NCBI GenBank assembly: GCA_017612935.1
Contig: JAGAEW010000113.1
Span: 1 to 46,712 of the forward strand
Source of the DNA: Oscillospiraceae bacterium
Lineage (GTDB): Bacteria > Bacillota > Clostridia > Oscillospirales > Oscillospiraceae
DNA length: 46,712 nucleotides
Reading direction: 5' to 3'
Position numbers and translations under genes: made by a program. This document shows positions 1-8,138 of this stretch, one piece after another. The notes below the pieces were generated by a model. It saw only the letters and a program-made list of their open reading frames with translations, was not told the DNA's origin and ran no database searches. Each line of letters starts with the position of its first letter. Position 1 is the stretch's first letter.

Positions 1-361
1 CGGCGGCATGGGCCGCCTGCTGCCGGGAAAGCCTGCCGCTGCGGCAGAGCTCCGAGAGGATCATGGCCCCCAGCGGGTAGCCCCCCAGCAGCCCCAGACA
101 GAGGGCGGCTGTCCCGGCCCCGGAGCAGCGAAACAGTCGGCCGAGCCAGGCGCCCATCCGACCCCGGAAACAGTCTGCCCCGCCCATGCGGATCAGACAG
201 CCCGACAGAACGCTGAGGGGGAACAGAGAGGGAATCAGCACCGTGGCGCATAATTGAAGCCCGCTTTGCAGGCCTGCCGCGGCCGCGGCGGGGAAGAGCA
301 GAAACAAAAGAATTCCCCCAAACAGGGAGAGTATGGAACGAGTGCTGATTTTTTGCGGCAC
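1..361 (-). CDS. ylbJ: Sporulation integral membrane protein YlbJ (nucleoside-recognition/spore-maturation family). This is the N-terminal part; the gene runs off the window.
   Basis: My minus-strand translation from GTG at 361 reads VPQKISTRSILSLFGGILLFLLFPAAAAAGLQSGLQLCATVLIPSLFPLSVLSGCLIRMG...GAGTAALCLGLLGGYPLGA, which is the YlbJ N-terminal pattern. AGGAGG lies 8 nt upstream of the GTG. The ORF is missing from the track because it is open at the window edge. Confidence 0.75.
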   Translation of the reverse strand, partial: MPQKISTRSILSLFGGILLFLLFPAAAAAGLQSGLQLCATVLIPSLFPLSVLSGCLIRMGGADCFRGRMGAWLGRLFRCSGAGTAALCLGLLGGYPLGAMILSELCRSGRLSRQQAAHAA

Positions 362-446
362 AGTGATCGCCTCCTGTGGAAGAAGCTTATGCAAGTGGGG
401 AGGCCGGCTTGCATATACTGCATCAGTTTTTCCGGAGGTGTGTACC

Positions 447-728
447 ATGAAACGAAGCAGAATCGTTGCACAGGCCTTATTGTCCTCCGCTGACTTTCCG
501 GGGGAAATTCTGACCGGGGTTCCCGTGGTGGAGCTGAAGGGAAGCTGCGAGGCGGTGATTCTTTCCCACCGGGGGATTATTGCCTATGACCCGGCAGAGG
601 TCCGTGTGGCCAGCGCCATCGGCCCGATTACGGTCCGGGGAAGGGAGCTGACGATCTTTCGGATGAACCGGGAGCGTCTGACCCTGCATGGGACAATTTG
701 TAAGATTGAATATGGAGAGACAGTATGA
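447..728 (+). CDS. yqfC: Sporulation protein YqfC
   Basis: The 94-aa product MKRSRIVAQALL...GEILTGVPVVELKGSCEAVILSHRGIIAYDPAEV has a GGAGGTG RBS at 434-440. It shares an ATGA overlap with yqfD and has the same position as in B. subtilis. The track ORF starting at 333 is over-extended. Confidence 0.85.
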   Translation: MKRSRIVAQALLSSADFPGEILTGVPVVELKGSCEAVILSHRGIIAYDPAEVRVASAIGPITVRGRELTIFRMNRERLTLHGTICKIEYGETV

Positions 729-1924
729 TGCGATATTTACGGGGAAGTCTGCTGGTGGAACTTTCCGGTGCCTCGCCGGAACGCTGCCTGAACCGCTGGA
801 CCCAGGCGGAAATTGCCTTCTGGGACTACCGCCGACAGGAGGCGCTGTGTTCCCGCTGCAAAATTTTTCGTTCCGATCTGGCCGACGCCAGGCGGGAGGC
901 CGCCAGAGCCCAGACGACGCTCCGCGTTTTGGCGGAAAGGGGCTTTCCGACCCTGCTGCGCCGTCTGCGGCGGCGTCCGGTTCTGGTGGGGGGAACCCTG
1001 CTCAGCGTGGCGCTGGCGATTTTTTTGCAGTCCTTTGTGTGGTTTTTCCGGGTTCGGGGCAACGAGACGGTGCCCGACGCCGTGATTCTCCATGCGCTGC
1101 AGGAGGAGGGCGTGCGCTTCGGCACGGTGGGAATGTCCATCAATTCCGAGGATCTCAAAAATCGTCTGCTCAACCGTATTCCGGAGCTGCGCTGGCTGGC
1201 TGTAAACCGGGAGGGGGGCATTGTGACAGTTCTTACGGCGGAGCGCAAGCCGGAAGTCAAGCCCGAGGAAACTGCCGGAATCTACAACGTCATTGCAGCG
1301 CGGCCGGGAATCATCCGAAGGCTTGAAGTTGCCGACGGCGTGGCAATGGTGGCCCCGGGGGACAGCGTGGAGACCGGGAGCCTGCTGATCTCCGGAATCG
1401 CGGAGTGGACCACCCATATCCAGTTCATGCGGGCGGCCGGGGAGGTCTATGCCGACACGGCTCGGCAGATCGAGACAATTTGTCCTGCGGAATTGCTCCA
1501 AAAACGCTATACCGGACGGGTGGAGCGCTGCCAAACTGTTATTTTTCAAAGAAAACGGGAAAAAATATCAGGAAACAGTAGCATTTTTGGTGCAATGTGT
1601 GATAGAATGGTACAGACGAGAGTGTGGACGCTTCCCGGCGGATATGAGCTGCCGCTCTGCCTGGAGACACAATGGCTTCGGGAATATGAGCTTGTGCCGG
1701 TGAAGCTTGAGGCGGACGAGGCGCTGCGCCGCCTGACGGCAGAGACAAACAGATTGATTGAGATGCAGCTCGTGGCGGGAACCATTCAGCGAGCATCCAC
1801 ACAGTTTGTCACAAAAGAAAACAGTTTTCGGATGCAGGGAACCTTTAACTGCTGTGAATTGATTTCCAGAGCGGTTCCCGCCGAGAAATACGAGGAGGAA
1901 TCCATAGATGGAGAAAAGCATTAA
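725..1924 (+). CDS. yqfD: Sporulation protein YqfD (stage IV sporulation-like)
   Basis: 399 aa with a central TM segment. It is translationally coupled to yqfC and followed by phoH-ybeY-era, as in Bacillus and Clostridium. Confidence 0.85.
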   Translation: MMRYLRGSLLVELSGASPERCLNRWTQAEIAFWDYRRQEALCSRCKIFRSDLADARREAARAQTTLRVLAERGFPTLLRRLRRRPVLVGGTLLSVALAIFLQSFVWFFRVRGNETVPDAVILHALQEEGVRFGTVGMSINSEDLKNRLLNRIPELRWLAVNREGGIVTVLTAERKPEVKPEETAGIYNVIAARPGIIRRLEVADGVAMVAPGDSVETGSLLISGIAEWTTHIQFMRAAGEVYADTARQIETICPAELLQKRYTGRVERCQTVIFQRKREKISGNSSIFGAMCDRMVQTRVWTLPGGYELPLCLETQWLREYELVPVKLEADEALRRLTAETNRLIEMQLVAGTIQRASTQFVTKENSFRMQGTFNCCELISRAVPAEKYEEESIDGEKH

Positions 1925-2906
1925 CGCAGAGAGAATCGAACAGATTATCAGTGTGTTCGGAAATTTTGACGAAAATATCAAGCGCATTGAGCAGACCTTC
2001 GATGTGCATGTGACCAACCGGGGCACTGAGCTCAAGGTCATGGGAGAGGAAGAGGCGGTGCAAAAGGCCGGAAAAGCGATTGAAGGCCTGCTGTCTCTGG
2101 CCGCGAAGGGGGAAATCATTGACGAGCAGAAGGTGCGCTATCTGATTGATCTGGTCCGCAGCGGCAATGAAAGTCAGATCGGGGAGATGGCAAAGGATGT
2201 GGTCTGCATCACGGCGAAGGGCAAGCCCATTAAGGCTAAGACTTTGGGCCAACAGCGCTATATGAAGGCCATTATGCAAAATACCATTACCATCGGCGTC
2301 GGCCCTGCCGGTACGGGCAAGACCTATCTGGCTGTGTCCGCCGCCGTGGCCGCCTTCCGGGAGAAGTCCGTCAACCGCATCATCCTGACCCGGCCTGCGG
2401 TAGAGGCCGGAGAGCGGCTGGGCTTCCTGCCCGGGGATCTGCAAAACAAGGTGGACCCCTATCTGCGCCCTCTTTACGACGCCTTATTCGATATGCTGGG
2501 GCCGGAAACCTATCAGAAATATCTGGAAAAGGGCAATATCGAGGTGGCTCCGCTGGCTTATATGCGCGGCAGAACCCTGGACGACAGCTTCATCATTCTT
2601 GACGAGGCCCAGAACACCACCCGCGAGCAGATGAAGATGTTCCTGACCCGACTGGGCTTCGGCTCCAAAATTGTCATCACCGGCGACGTGACCCAGATTG
2701 ACCTGCCCAGCGACAAGACCAGCGGCCTGAAAGAGGCGTTGAAGGTACTGGAAAATATTCAGGACATTGCCATTTGCAAGCTCAACCCCTCCGACGTGGT
2801 ACGCCACGCCCTGGTGCAGAGCATTGTTGCCGCCTACGACAAATTCGAGAACGCGAAGCAGACCCAGGAGAAAAAGCAGCCTGCGAAAAACTACCGAAAG
2901 AGATAA
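1908..2906 (+). CDS. phoH: PhoH-like ATPase (PhoH/YbeZ)
   Basis: Walker A GPAGTGKTYLAV, ILDEAQN, and a GDVTQIDLP motif. GAGGAGG RBS upstream. Confidence 0.93.
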   Translation: MEKSINAERIEQIISVFGNFDENIKRIEQTFDVHVTNRGTELKVMGEEEAVQKAGKAIEGLLSLAAKGEIIDEQKVRYLIDLVRSGNESQIGEMAKDVVCITAKGKPIKAKTLGQQRYMKAIMQNTITIGVGPAGTGKTYLAVSAAVAAFREKSVNRIILTRPAVEAGERLGFLPGDLQNKVDPYLRPLYDALFDMLGPETYQKYLEKGNIEVAPLAYMRGRTLDDSFIILDEAQNTTREQMKMFLTRLGFGSKIVITGDVTQIDLPSDKTSGLKEALKVLENIQDIAICKLNPSDVVRHALVQSIVAAYDKFENAKQTQEKKQPAKNYRKR

Positions 2907-2911
2907 AGACC

Positions 2912-3409
2912 ATGAAGCATAACATCGTCATCAGCTTTCAGACCCAAAAGGGCGTGCGCCGTCTGCCCCTTTGGCTGCACCTGAAAAAATGTATTGAGGC
3001 CGCTCTGGAGGCAGAGCAGCTTCCCGCCCCCTGCGAAATCAACGTACTGGTGGCGGACAATCAGACCATCCGGGCCATCAACAAGGCCTATCGGGGCATC
3101 GACCGGGAAACGGATGTGCTTTCCTTCCCCGCGTTTCAGTTTGAGCCGGGGAAGCTGCCCCGGGATCTGAGCGAGTATCTGGATCCGGAAACCGGGCTGC
3201 TGCCTCTGGGGGACATGGCCATTTCCTATGAAAAGGCCGAGGCCCAGGCGAAGGAATTCGGCCACAGCACAAAGCGAGAGCTGGGCTATCTGACCATTCA
3301 CTCGATTCTGCATCTGCTGGGCTACGACCATGTGGACGAGGGCCCCATGAAACAGCAGATGCGGGCCCGGGAGGAGGCCATCTGCGCCGCCATAGAGCTC
3401 GAACGCTAA
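2912..3409 (+). CDS. ybeY: rRNA maturation endoribonuclease YbeY
   Basis: Zinc motif HSILHLLGYDH. I chose the start at MKHNIV, trimming the track ORF that begins at 2774 inside phoH. Confidence 0.92.
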   Translation: MKHNIVISFQTQKGVRRLPLWLHLKKCIEAALEAEQLPAPCEINVLVADNQTIRAINKAYRGIDRETDVLSFPAFQFEPGKLPRDLSEYLDPETGLLPLGDMAISYEKAEAQAKEFGHSTKRELGYLTIHSILHLLGYDHVDEGPMKQQMRAREEAICAAIELER

Positions 3410-3456
3410 GCGCAGGGCGGGCATCCCCGCCGGAGCGACACAAAAGGAGAACATAC

Positions 3457-4350
3457 ATGAGTACAAAAACTGCCATGATCGCCATCTGCGGCCGCCCCAA
3501 TGTGGGCAAGTCCACCCTGACCAATACCATTGTCGGAGAAAAGGTGGCCATTGTTTCCAATAAGCCCCAGACCACCCGCAATCGTATTTGCGGCATTCTC
3601 AACCGAGGCAGCACCCAATTCGTCTTTATGGACACCCCGGGCTTCCACCGCCCCCGGACCAAGCTCGGAGACTATATGATTTCCGTGGTGGAGGAATCCG
3701 TCTCCGACGTGGATCTGGCGCTGCTGCTGGTGGAGCCGATCCCCAGCCTCGGTCCCCAGGAGCAGGCCCTGATTGAACAGTTCCGGCAGCGGCGGGTTCC
3801 GGCCGTTCTGGTCATCAACAAGATCGACGCGCTGGAGGAGAAGGACAAGCTGCTGGAGGTCATCGCCGCCTATCGCAAGGTCTTTGACTTCGACGCCTAC
3901 ATCCCCATTTCCGCCAAAACGAAGGAGGGGGTAGAGGAGCTGCTCAAGAGCTGCGAAGCCTACGCCGTGGAATCCCACTGGTTCTTCCCGGAGGGGATGA
4001 GCTCCGATCAGCCGGAGCGTCAGGTGATTGCGGAGATCATCCGGGAGAAAATGCTCTGGAATTTAGAGAAGGAAATTCCCCACGGCACTGCCGTGGAAAT
4101 CACCCGCTTTTCGGAGCGGGATACGGGTGTAATCGACATCGAGGCCACGATCTACTGTGAAAAAGCCAGCCACAAGGGGATTATTATCGGCAAGGGCGGC
4201 CAGATGCTCAAAAAAATCAGCACCCAGGCGCGGGCGGACTGCGAACGCTTCATGGGCGCGAAGGTCTATCTTCAAACCTGGATCAAGGTCAAGGAGAACT
4301 GGCGCGACAGCGATTTTATGATCCGCAATTTTGGATATACCGAGCAATGA
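3457..4350 (+). CDS. era: GTPase Era
   Basis: G1 GRPNVGKST, DTPG, NKID, and a C-terminal KH domain (IIIGKGGQMLK). AAGGAG RBS. Confidence 0.95.
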   Translation: MSTKTAMIAICGRPNVGKSTLTNTIVGEKVAIVSNKPQTTRNRICGILNRGSTQFVFMDTPGFHRPRTKLGDYMISVVEESVSDVDLALLLVEPIPSLGPQEQALIEQFRQRRVPAVLVINKIDALEEKDKLLEVIAAYRKVFDFDAYIPISAKTKEGVEELLKSCEAYAVESHWFFPEGMSSDQPERQVIAEIIREKMLWNLEKEIPHGTAVEITRFSERDTGVIDIEATIYCEKASHKGIIIGKGGQMLKKISTQARADCERFMGAKVYLQTWIKVKENWRDSDFMIRNFGYTEQ

Positions 4351-4411
4351 GGTATAATTCGGCCTCTGCCTGCAAACCCTAATCTCATCCGAAGAATGGG
4401 AGGCAGAAGCC

Positions 4412-4639
4412 ATGCATGACCCGATTATGCTGTGGAAGGCATTTGAACGATCCGGGGATCCGGAACTCTATCTGCAATACCGGCAGGCCCTTGAGGTCCT
4501 GCCCGGGAACAACGAATTTTTACAACGGAGAGACTATGTTTATCAAGACAGAGGGCGTCGTGCTGCGGGAAGTGGAGATCAACGAGGCGGACAAGCTGCT
4601 GGAGATTCTTTCCAGGGACAGGGGGCTGCTCACCGTTAA
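4412..4639 (+). CDS. yqzL: YqzL-like small protein. The ORF as read is longer than the family norm and overlaps recO.
   Basis: The N-terminus MLWKAFERSGDPELYLQYRQALE fits the YqzL pattern (W-K-x-F-x-x-[TS]-G-x-x-x-x-Y-L-x-Y). It sits between era and recO as in B. subtilis and has a GGGAGG RBS. Confidence 0.55.
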   Translation: MHDPIMLWKAFERSGDPELYLQYRQALEVLPGNNEFLQRRDYVYQDRGRRAAGSGDQRGGQAAGDSFQGQGAAHR

Positions 4640-5291
4640 GGCCAGGGGCGTGCGGCGGGGCAGATCCCCCATCAAGAGTGCCTGCCAGCTGCTGACCCTT
4701 TCAGAATTTACCCTTGCAGAGTACGGCGGGAAGCTCACGGTGCAGGAGGCCCAGTCCGTTGAGCAGTTCCGTCTGCTCCGATGCAGCATTGAGTTGCTGT
4801 CCCTCGGTTCTTACTTTGCCCAGGCGGCGGGAGTTGTCGCCCAGGAGGATGCGCCGAATCCGGAGCTGCTGTCCCTGCTGTGCAACGCTCTGTATGCCCT
4901 GAGCCATTTGCAGCGGCAGCCAGCCCTGGTCAAGGCAGCCTTTGAGCTGCGACTGGCCTGCCTGGCGGGCTTTGCCCCGGAGCTCACGGCCTGCCGCCGC
5001 TGCGGGAGCCCGGAGCCGGATCGCTTCGATCTGTCCTGCGGGGCGGCTTCCTGTGCAGGCTGTAAAACGGAGGAGAGCGGAATCCGAATGCCGCTGTCTG
5101 CCGGAATGCTGCAGGCCATGCGCTTCATCGTCTGGTGCGAGCCGAAAAAGCTGTTTTCCTTCCGGCTGGAGGAAGAGGCCCTGCAGGCCCTCGGCTCCGT
5201 CACGGAGGCCTATTTGATGACCCAACTGGAGCACCGCTTTTCCACCCTGGACTTTTACAAGTCTCTCTTGCAATATGGAGAAACACTATGA
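4536..5291 (+). CDS. recO: DNA repair protein RecO
   Basis: MFIKTEGVVLREVEINEADKLLEILSRDRGLLTVKARGVRR, plus the C-terminal zinc motif CRRCG...CAGC. ATGA overlap with mutS2. Confidence 0.92.
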   Translation: MFIKTEGVVLREVEINEADKLLEILSRDRGLLTVKARGVRRGRSPIKSACQLLTLSEFTLAEYGGKLTVQEAQSVEQFRLLRCSIELLSLGSYFAQAAGVVAQEDAPNPELLSLLCNALYALSHLQRQPALVKAAFELRLACLAGFAPELTACRRCGSPEPDRFDLSCGAASCAGCKTEESGIRMPLSAGMLQAMRFIVWCEPKKLFSFRLEEEALQALGSVTEAYLMTQLEHRFSTLDFYKSLLQYGETL

Positions 5292-7660
5292 CAGAATTAT
5301 ATGAAAAATCCCTGCAAAAGTTAGAGCTGGGCCGGGTGCTGGAACAGCTGTCCCAGTGCGCGATCAGCACAGAGGCCAAGGAACGCTGCGCCGGCCTTGT
5401 TCCCAACACGGACCGGGAGGAAGTGCTGGCCCTTCAGCAACAGACGACAGATGCCTGCCGGCTGATTGATCTGCGCTCGACGCCGGCCTTTCAGGACGTG
5501 CAGGACGTCCGGCCCAGTCTGGACCGGGCGGACCGGGGCGGCTGTCTGAACCCCAAGGAGCTGCTGCAAATCGCCGGGGTGCTGCGCTGCGCCAGAAGCG
5601 CAAAGGAGTATTACGACGGCGCCTGCGCCAACACCGCAATGGACTGGATGTTTGCGGCCCTGACCCCGAACCGGTACTTAGAGGAGCGGATCTCGGGGGC
5701 GATCATCTCAGAGGAAGAGATTGCAGACGCCGCCAGCTCGGAGCTGGCGGATATTCGCCGTCATATGCGAGTTCAGAGCGCGAAGATCAAGGAAAGCCTG
5801 CAAAAAATGATCAGCTCCCCGACCTACGCCAAGTTTCTGCGGGACCCGATTATCACCCTGCGGCAGGACCGCTATGTGGTTCCCGTCAAGGCGGAGTTCA
5901 AACATGAGGTTCCCGGCCTGATTCACGACGTGAGTTCCAGCGGCTCCACCTTCTTCATTGAGCCCATGTCCTCCGTCAACGCCAACAACGCCCTGCGAGA
6001 GCTGCTGATGCGGGAGAAAAAAGAAATTGAACGGATTTTGGCGGAGCTTTCCGCCGAGGCTGCCAAGCACCGGGAGACGATTGCACAGGACTACAGCCTG
6101 CTGGTGGAGCTGGACGTCATTTTTGCCCGGGCAAAGCTCTCCTTCCGCATGAAGGCCTGCGCCCCGGAGATTCGGGAGGACGGACGGCTTGAGCTGATTC
6201 GGGCGCGGCATCCTCTGATCGACGCCAAGACGGTGGTACCGATTTCGGTGCGCCTGGGCAAGGACTTCGACACGCTCATTATCACCGGCCCAAATACCGG
6301 CGGCAAGACCGTCACCATCAAAACCATTGGCCTTCTGACCCTGATGGCGGAGTGCGGTCTGCACATCCCTGCCGACGACGGCAGCAAGATTTCCGTCTTT
6401 CAGCAGGTGCTGGCGGACATCGGCGACGAGCAGAGCATTGAGCAGAGCCTATCCACCTTCTCTGCCCATATGCGGAACATTGTCCAGGTGGTGGAGCAGT
6501 GCAACGAGGAATCTCTGGTGCTCTTCGACGAGCTGGGGGCCGGAACCGACCCCGCCGAGGGCGCGGCGCTGGCCATTGCCCTGATCGAGTTCTGCCGCAG
6601 CCGCGGCAGCCGCGTGGCCGCCACAACCCACTACGCCGAACTCAAGGTCTACGCCATGCGAAACGAGGGCGTCATCAACGCAGCCTGCGAATTTGATGTG
6701 GAGACCCTCAAGCCCACCTACCGTCTGCTGATCGGAATTCCCGGCAAGTCCAACGCCATTGCAATTTCCAGACGGCTCGGTCTGCCGGAGGAGATTATTA
6801 CCGCTGCCCGCAACACCGTCAGCCAGAATGATCTGGACTTCGAGGAGGTTCTGGATCAACTGGAGCAGCAGCGCCAGCAGATGGAGACGGCCCGGATGGA
6901 GGCCGAAGCCATGCAGCGGGAAACCCTGAAAATCCAACAGAAATCTGAGGAATACTACGCCCAGATAAAGAAGGAAAAGGAAAAGGCGGAGCAGCGGGCC
7001 AGGCAGGAAGCCCAGCAGATTCTGGAAGAAGCCAGACGCACGGCCAATGGGGTCTACGAGGAATTGAAGGCCCTTCGCAAGCAGATGAAGGACAGCGGTG
7101 ATGTCCAGGGCGTCAACGCCAGACAGGCGGAGCTGCGCCGTCAGCTCAATGAGGCGCAGAGCAAGCTGGCGCCCCAAAAGGCGGCTGTGACCCGTCCCGC
7201 GCCGAGCCGGGAGGTCTGCGTGGGCGATACGGTAGAACTGCTGAAGCTGGGCACGAAAGCCACCGTTCTCGCCATCAACAAGGACGGCAGCTATCAGCTG
7301 CAGGCGGGCATTATGAAGGTCAATGTCAAGCCCGACGAGGTCTATCTGCTGGAGCAGGAGCAGAACCAGGTTCAGCGCTTTATCGACAAGACCCGGAAGG
7401 AATTCAAAAATGTCGCCCAGTCACCGGAGCTGGATCTGCGGGGCATGGATGCGCTGGAGGCGGCCGCGGTGCTGACACAGTTCCTCGACAATGCCTTCAT
7501 GGCCAATCTCAGTCAGGTTCGAATCATTCACGGTAAGGGTACCGGCGTACTGCGGAAAACTGTCCACGAGGAGCTTCGACACAACAAGCACGTCAAAAAA
7601 TTCCGCCTGGGGGTCTACGGGGAGGGCGAAGACGGCGTCACGATTGCAGAGCTCGCCTGA
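5288..7660 (+). CDS. mutS2: Endonuclease MutS2 (MutS ATPase plus C-terminal Smr domain)
   Basis: Walker A GPNTGGKTV, FDELGAGTDP, a long KEKE coiled coil, and Smr LDLRGM...IIHGKGTGVLR. Confidence 0.95.
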   Translation: MTELYEKSLQKLELGRVLEQLSQCAISTEAKERCAGLVPNTDREEVLALQQQTTDACRLIDLRSTPAFQDVQDVRPSLDRADRGGCLNPKELLQIAGVLRCARSAKEYYDGACANTAMDWMFAALTPNRYLEERISGAIISEEEIADAASSELADIRRHMRVQSAKIKESLQKMISSPTYAKFLRDPIITLRQDRYVVPVKAEFKHEVPGLIHDVSSSGSTFFIEPMSSVNANNALRELLMREKKEIERILAELSAEAAKHRETIAQDYSLLVELDVIFARAKLSFRMKACAPEIREDGRLELIRARHPLIDAKTVVPISVRLGKDFDTLIITGPNTGGKTVTIKTIGLLTLMAECGLHIPADDGSKISVFQQVLADIGDEQSIEQSLSTFSAHMRNIVQVVEQCNEESLVLFDELGAGTDPAEGAALAIALIEFCRSRGSRVAATTHYAELKVYAMRNEGVINAACEFDVETLKPTYRLLIGIPGKSNAIAISRRLGLPEEIITAARNTVSQNDLDFEEVLDQLEQQRQQMETARMEAEAMQRETLKIQQKSEEYYAQIKKEKEKAEQRARQEAQQILEEARRTANGVYEELKALRKQMKDSGDVQGVNARQAELRRQLNEAQSKLAPQKAAVTRPAPSREVCVGDTVELLKLGTKATVLAINKDGSYQLQAGIMKVNVKPDEVYLLEQEQNQVQRFIDKTRKEFKNVAQSPELDLRGMDALEAAAVLTQFLDNAFMANLSQVRIIHGKGTGVLRKTVHEELRHNKHVKKFRLGVYGEGEDGVTIAELA

Positions 7661-7739
7661 GGCTGCTCATGAGGAAGGAAAGGGCCTCTGGGAAGCTTCA
7701 AGAGAGCGACAGGATTTTACATATTTTTTAGTTTTTCTC

Positions 7740-7768
7740 TTGACTTTTTCTCTGCTTGAGTGTATATT
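7740..7768 (+). promoter_or_regulatory. SigA-type promoter for HPr (TTGACT-N17-TATATT)
   Basis: TTGACT at 7740-7745, a 17-nt spacer, and TATATT at 7763-7768, about 50 nt upstream of the HPr start. Confidence 0.6.
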
Positions 7769-7816
7769 GTCAGTATGATTGATAAAAATTTATTCAGGAT
7801 TAATGAGGTGAGAAGA

Positions 7817-8077
7817 ATGCAACAACTTACAACAACTGTTACATGTCCTTCCGGCTTGCACAAGCGGCAGGCTGCCCTGTTCATCCAGAAGGCGAACGAC
7901 TTCAAATCCAGTATCTGGATTGAGTCCGAGGAGCGAAAGATCAACGCCAAAAGCTTCCTGGGAGTTTTATCCATGGCTGTCGTCACCGGAACTGAGTTGA
8001 CAATCACCGCTGAGGGTCCGGATGAAAATGAAGCTGTGAAAGAGCTTGCAGATATGCTTAAGGTAGACCTTTCCTGA
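7817..8077 (+). CDS. ptsH: Phosphocarrier protein HPr
   Basis: His15 context SGLHKRQAA and Ser46 context NAKSFLGVLSM. 86 aa. GAGGTG RBS. Confidence 0.85.
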   Translation: MQQLTTTVTCPSGLHKRQAALFIQKANDFKSSIWIESEERKINAKSFLGVLSMAVVTGTELTITAEGPDENEAVKELADMLKVDLS

Positions 8078-8085
8078 TGCAAAAT

Positions 8086-8114
8086 GCCCCAAAGGCCGCT
8101 GAGGTCTTTGGGGC
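8086..8114 (+). terminator. Weak hairpin after HPr (GCCCCAAAG / CTTTGGGGC)
   Basis: A 9-bp stem at 8086-8094 / 8106-8114 with no clear U-tract. Confidence 0.35.
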
Positions 8115-8138
8115 AAGTTCTACCTGGGAGGTGATGGT

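Noticed and set aside
8-253. An 81-aa + strand ORF at the window start.
   Set aside because: It is antisense to the ylbJ N-terminal coding region, which gives a clean membrane-protein translation with an AGGAGG RBS. The + ORF is Pro/Ala/Gly/Gln-rich with no RBS.
362-446. A SigE-type promoter for yqfC (CATATACT at 412-419).
   Set aside because: The -10-like element is reasonable, but no ATA-type -35 lies at the expected 16-18-nt spacing, so I cannot support it as a feature.
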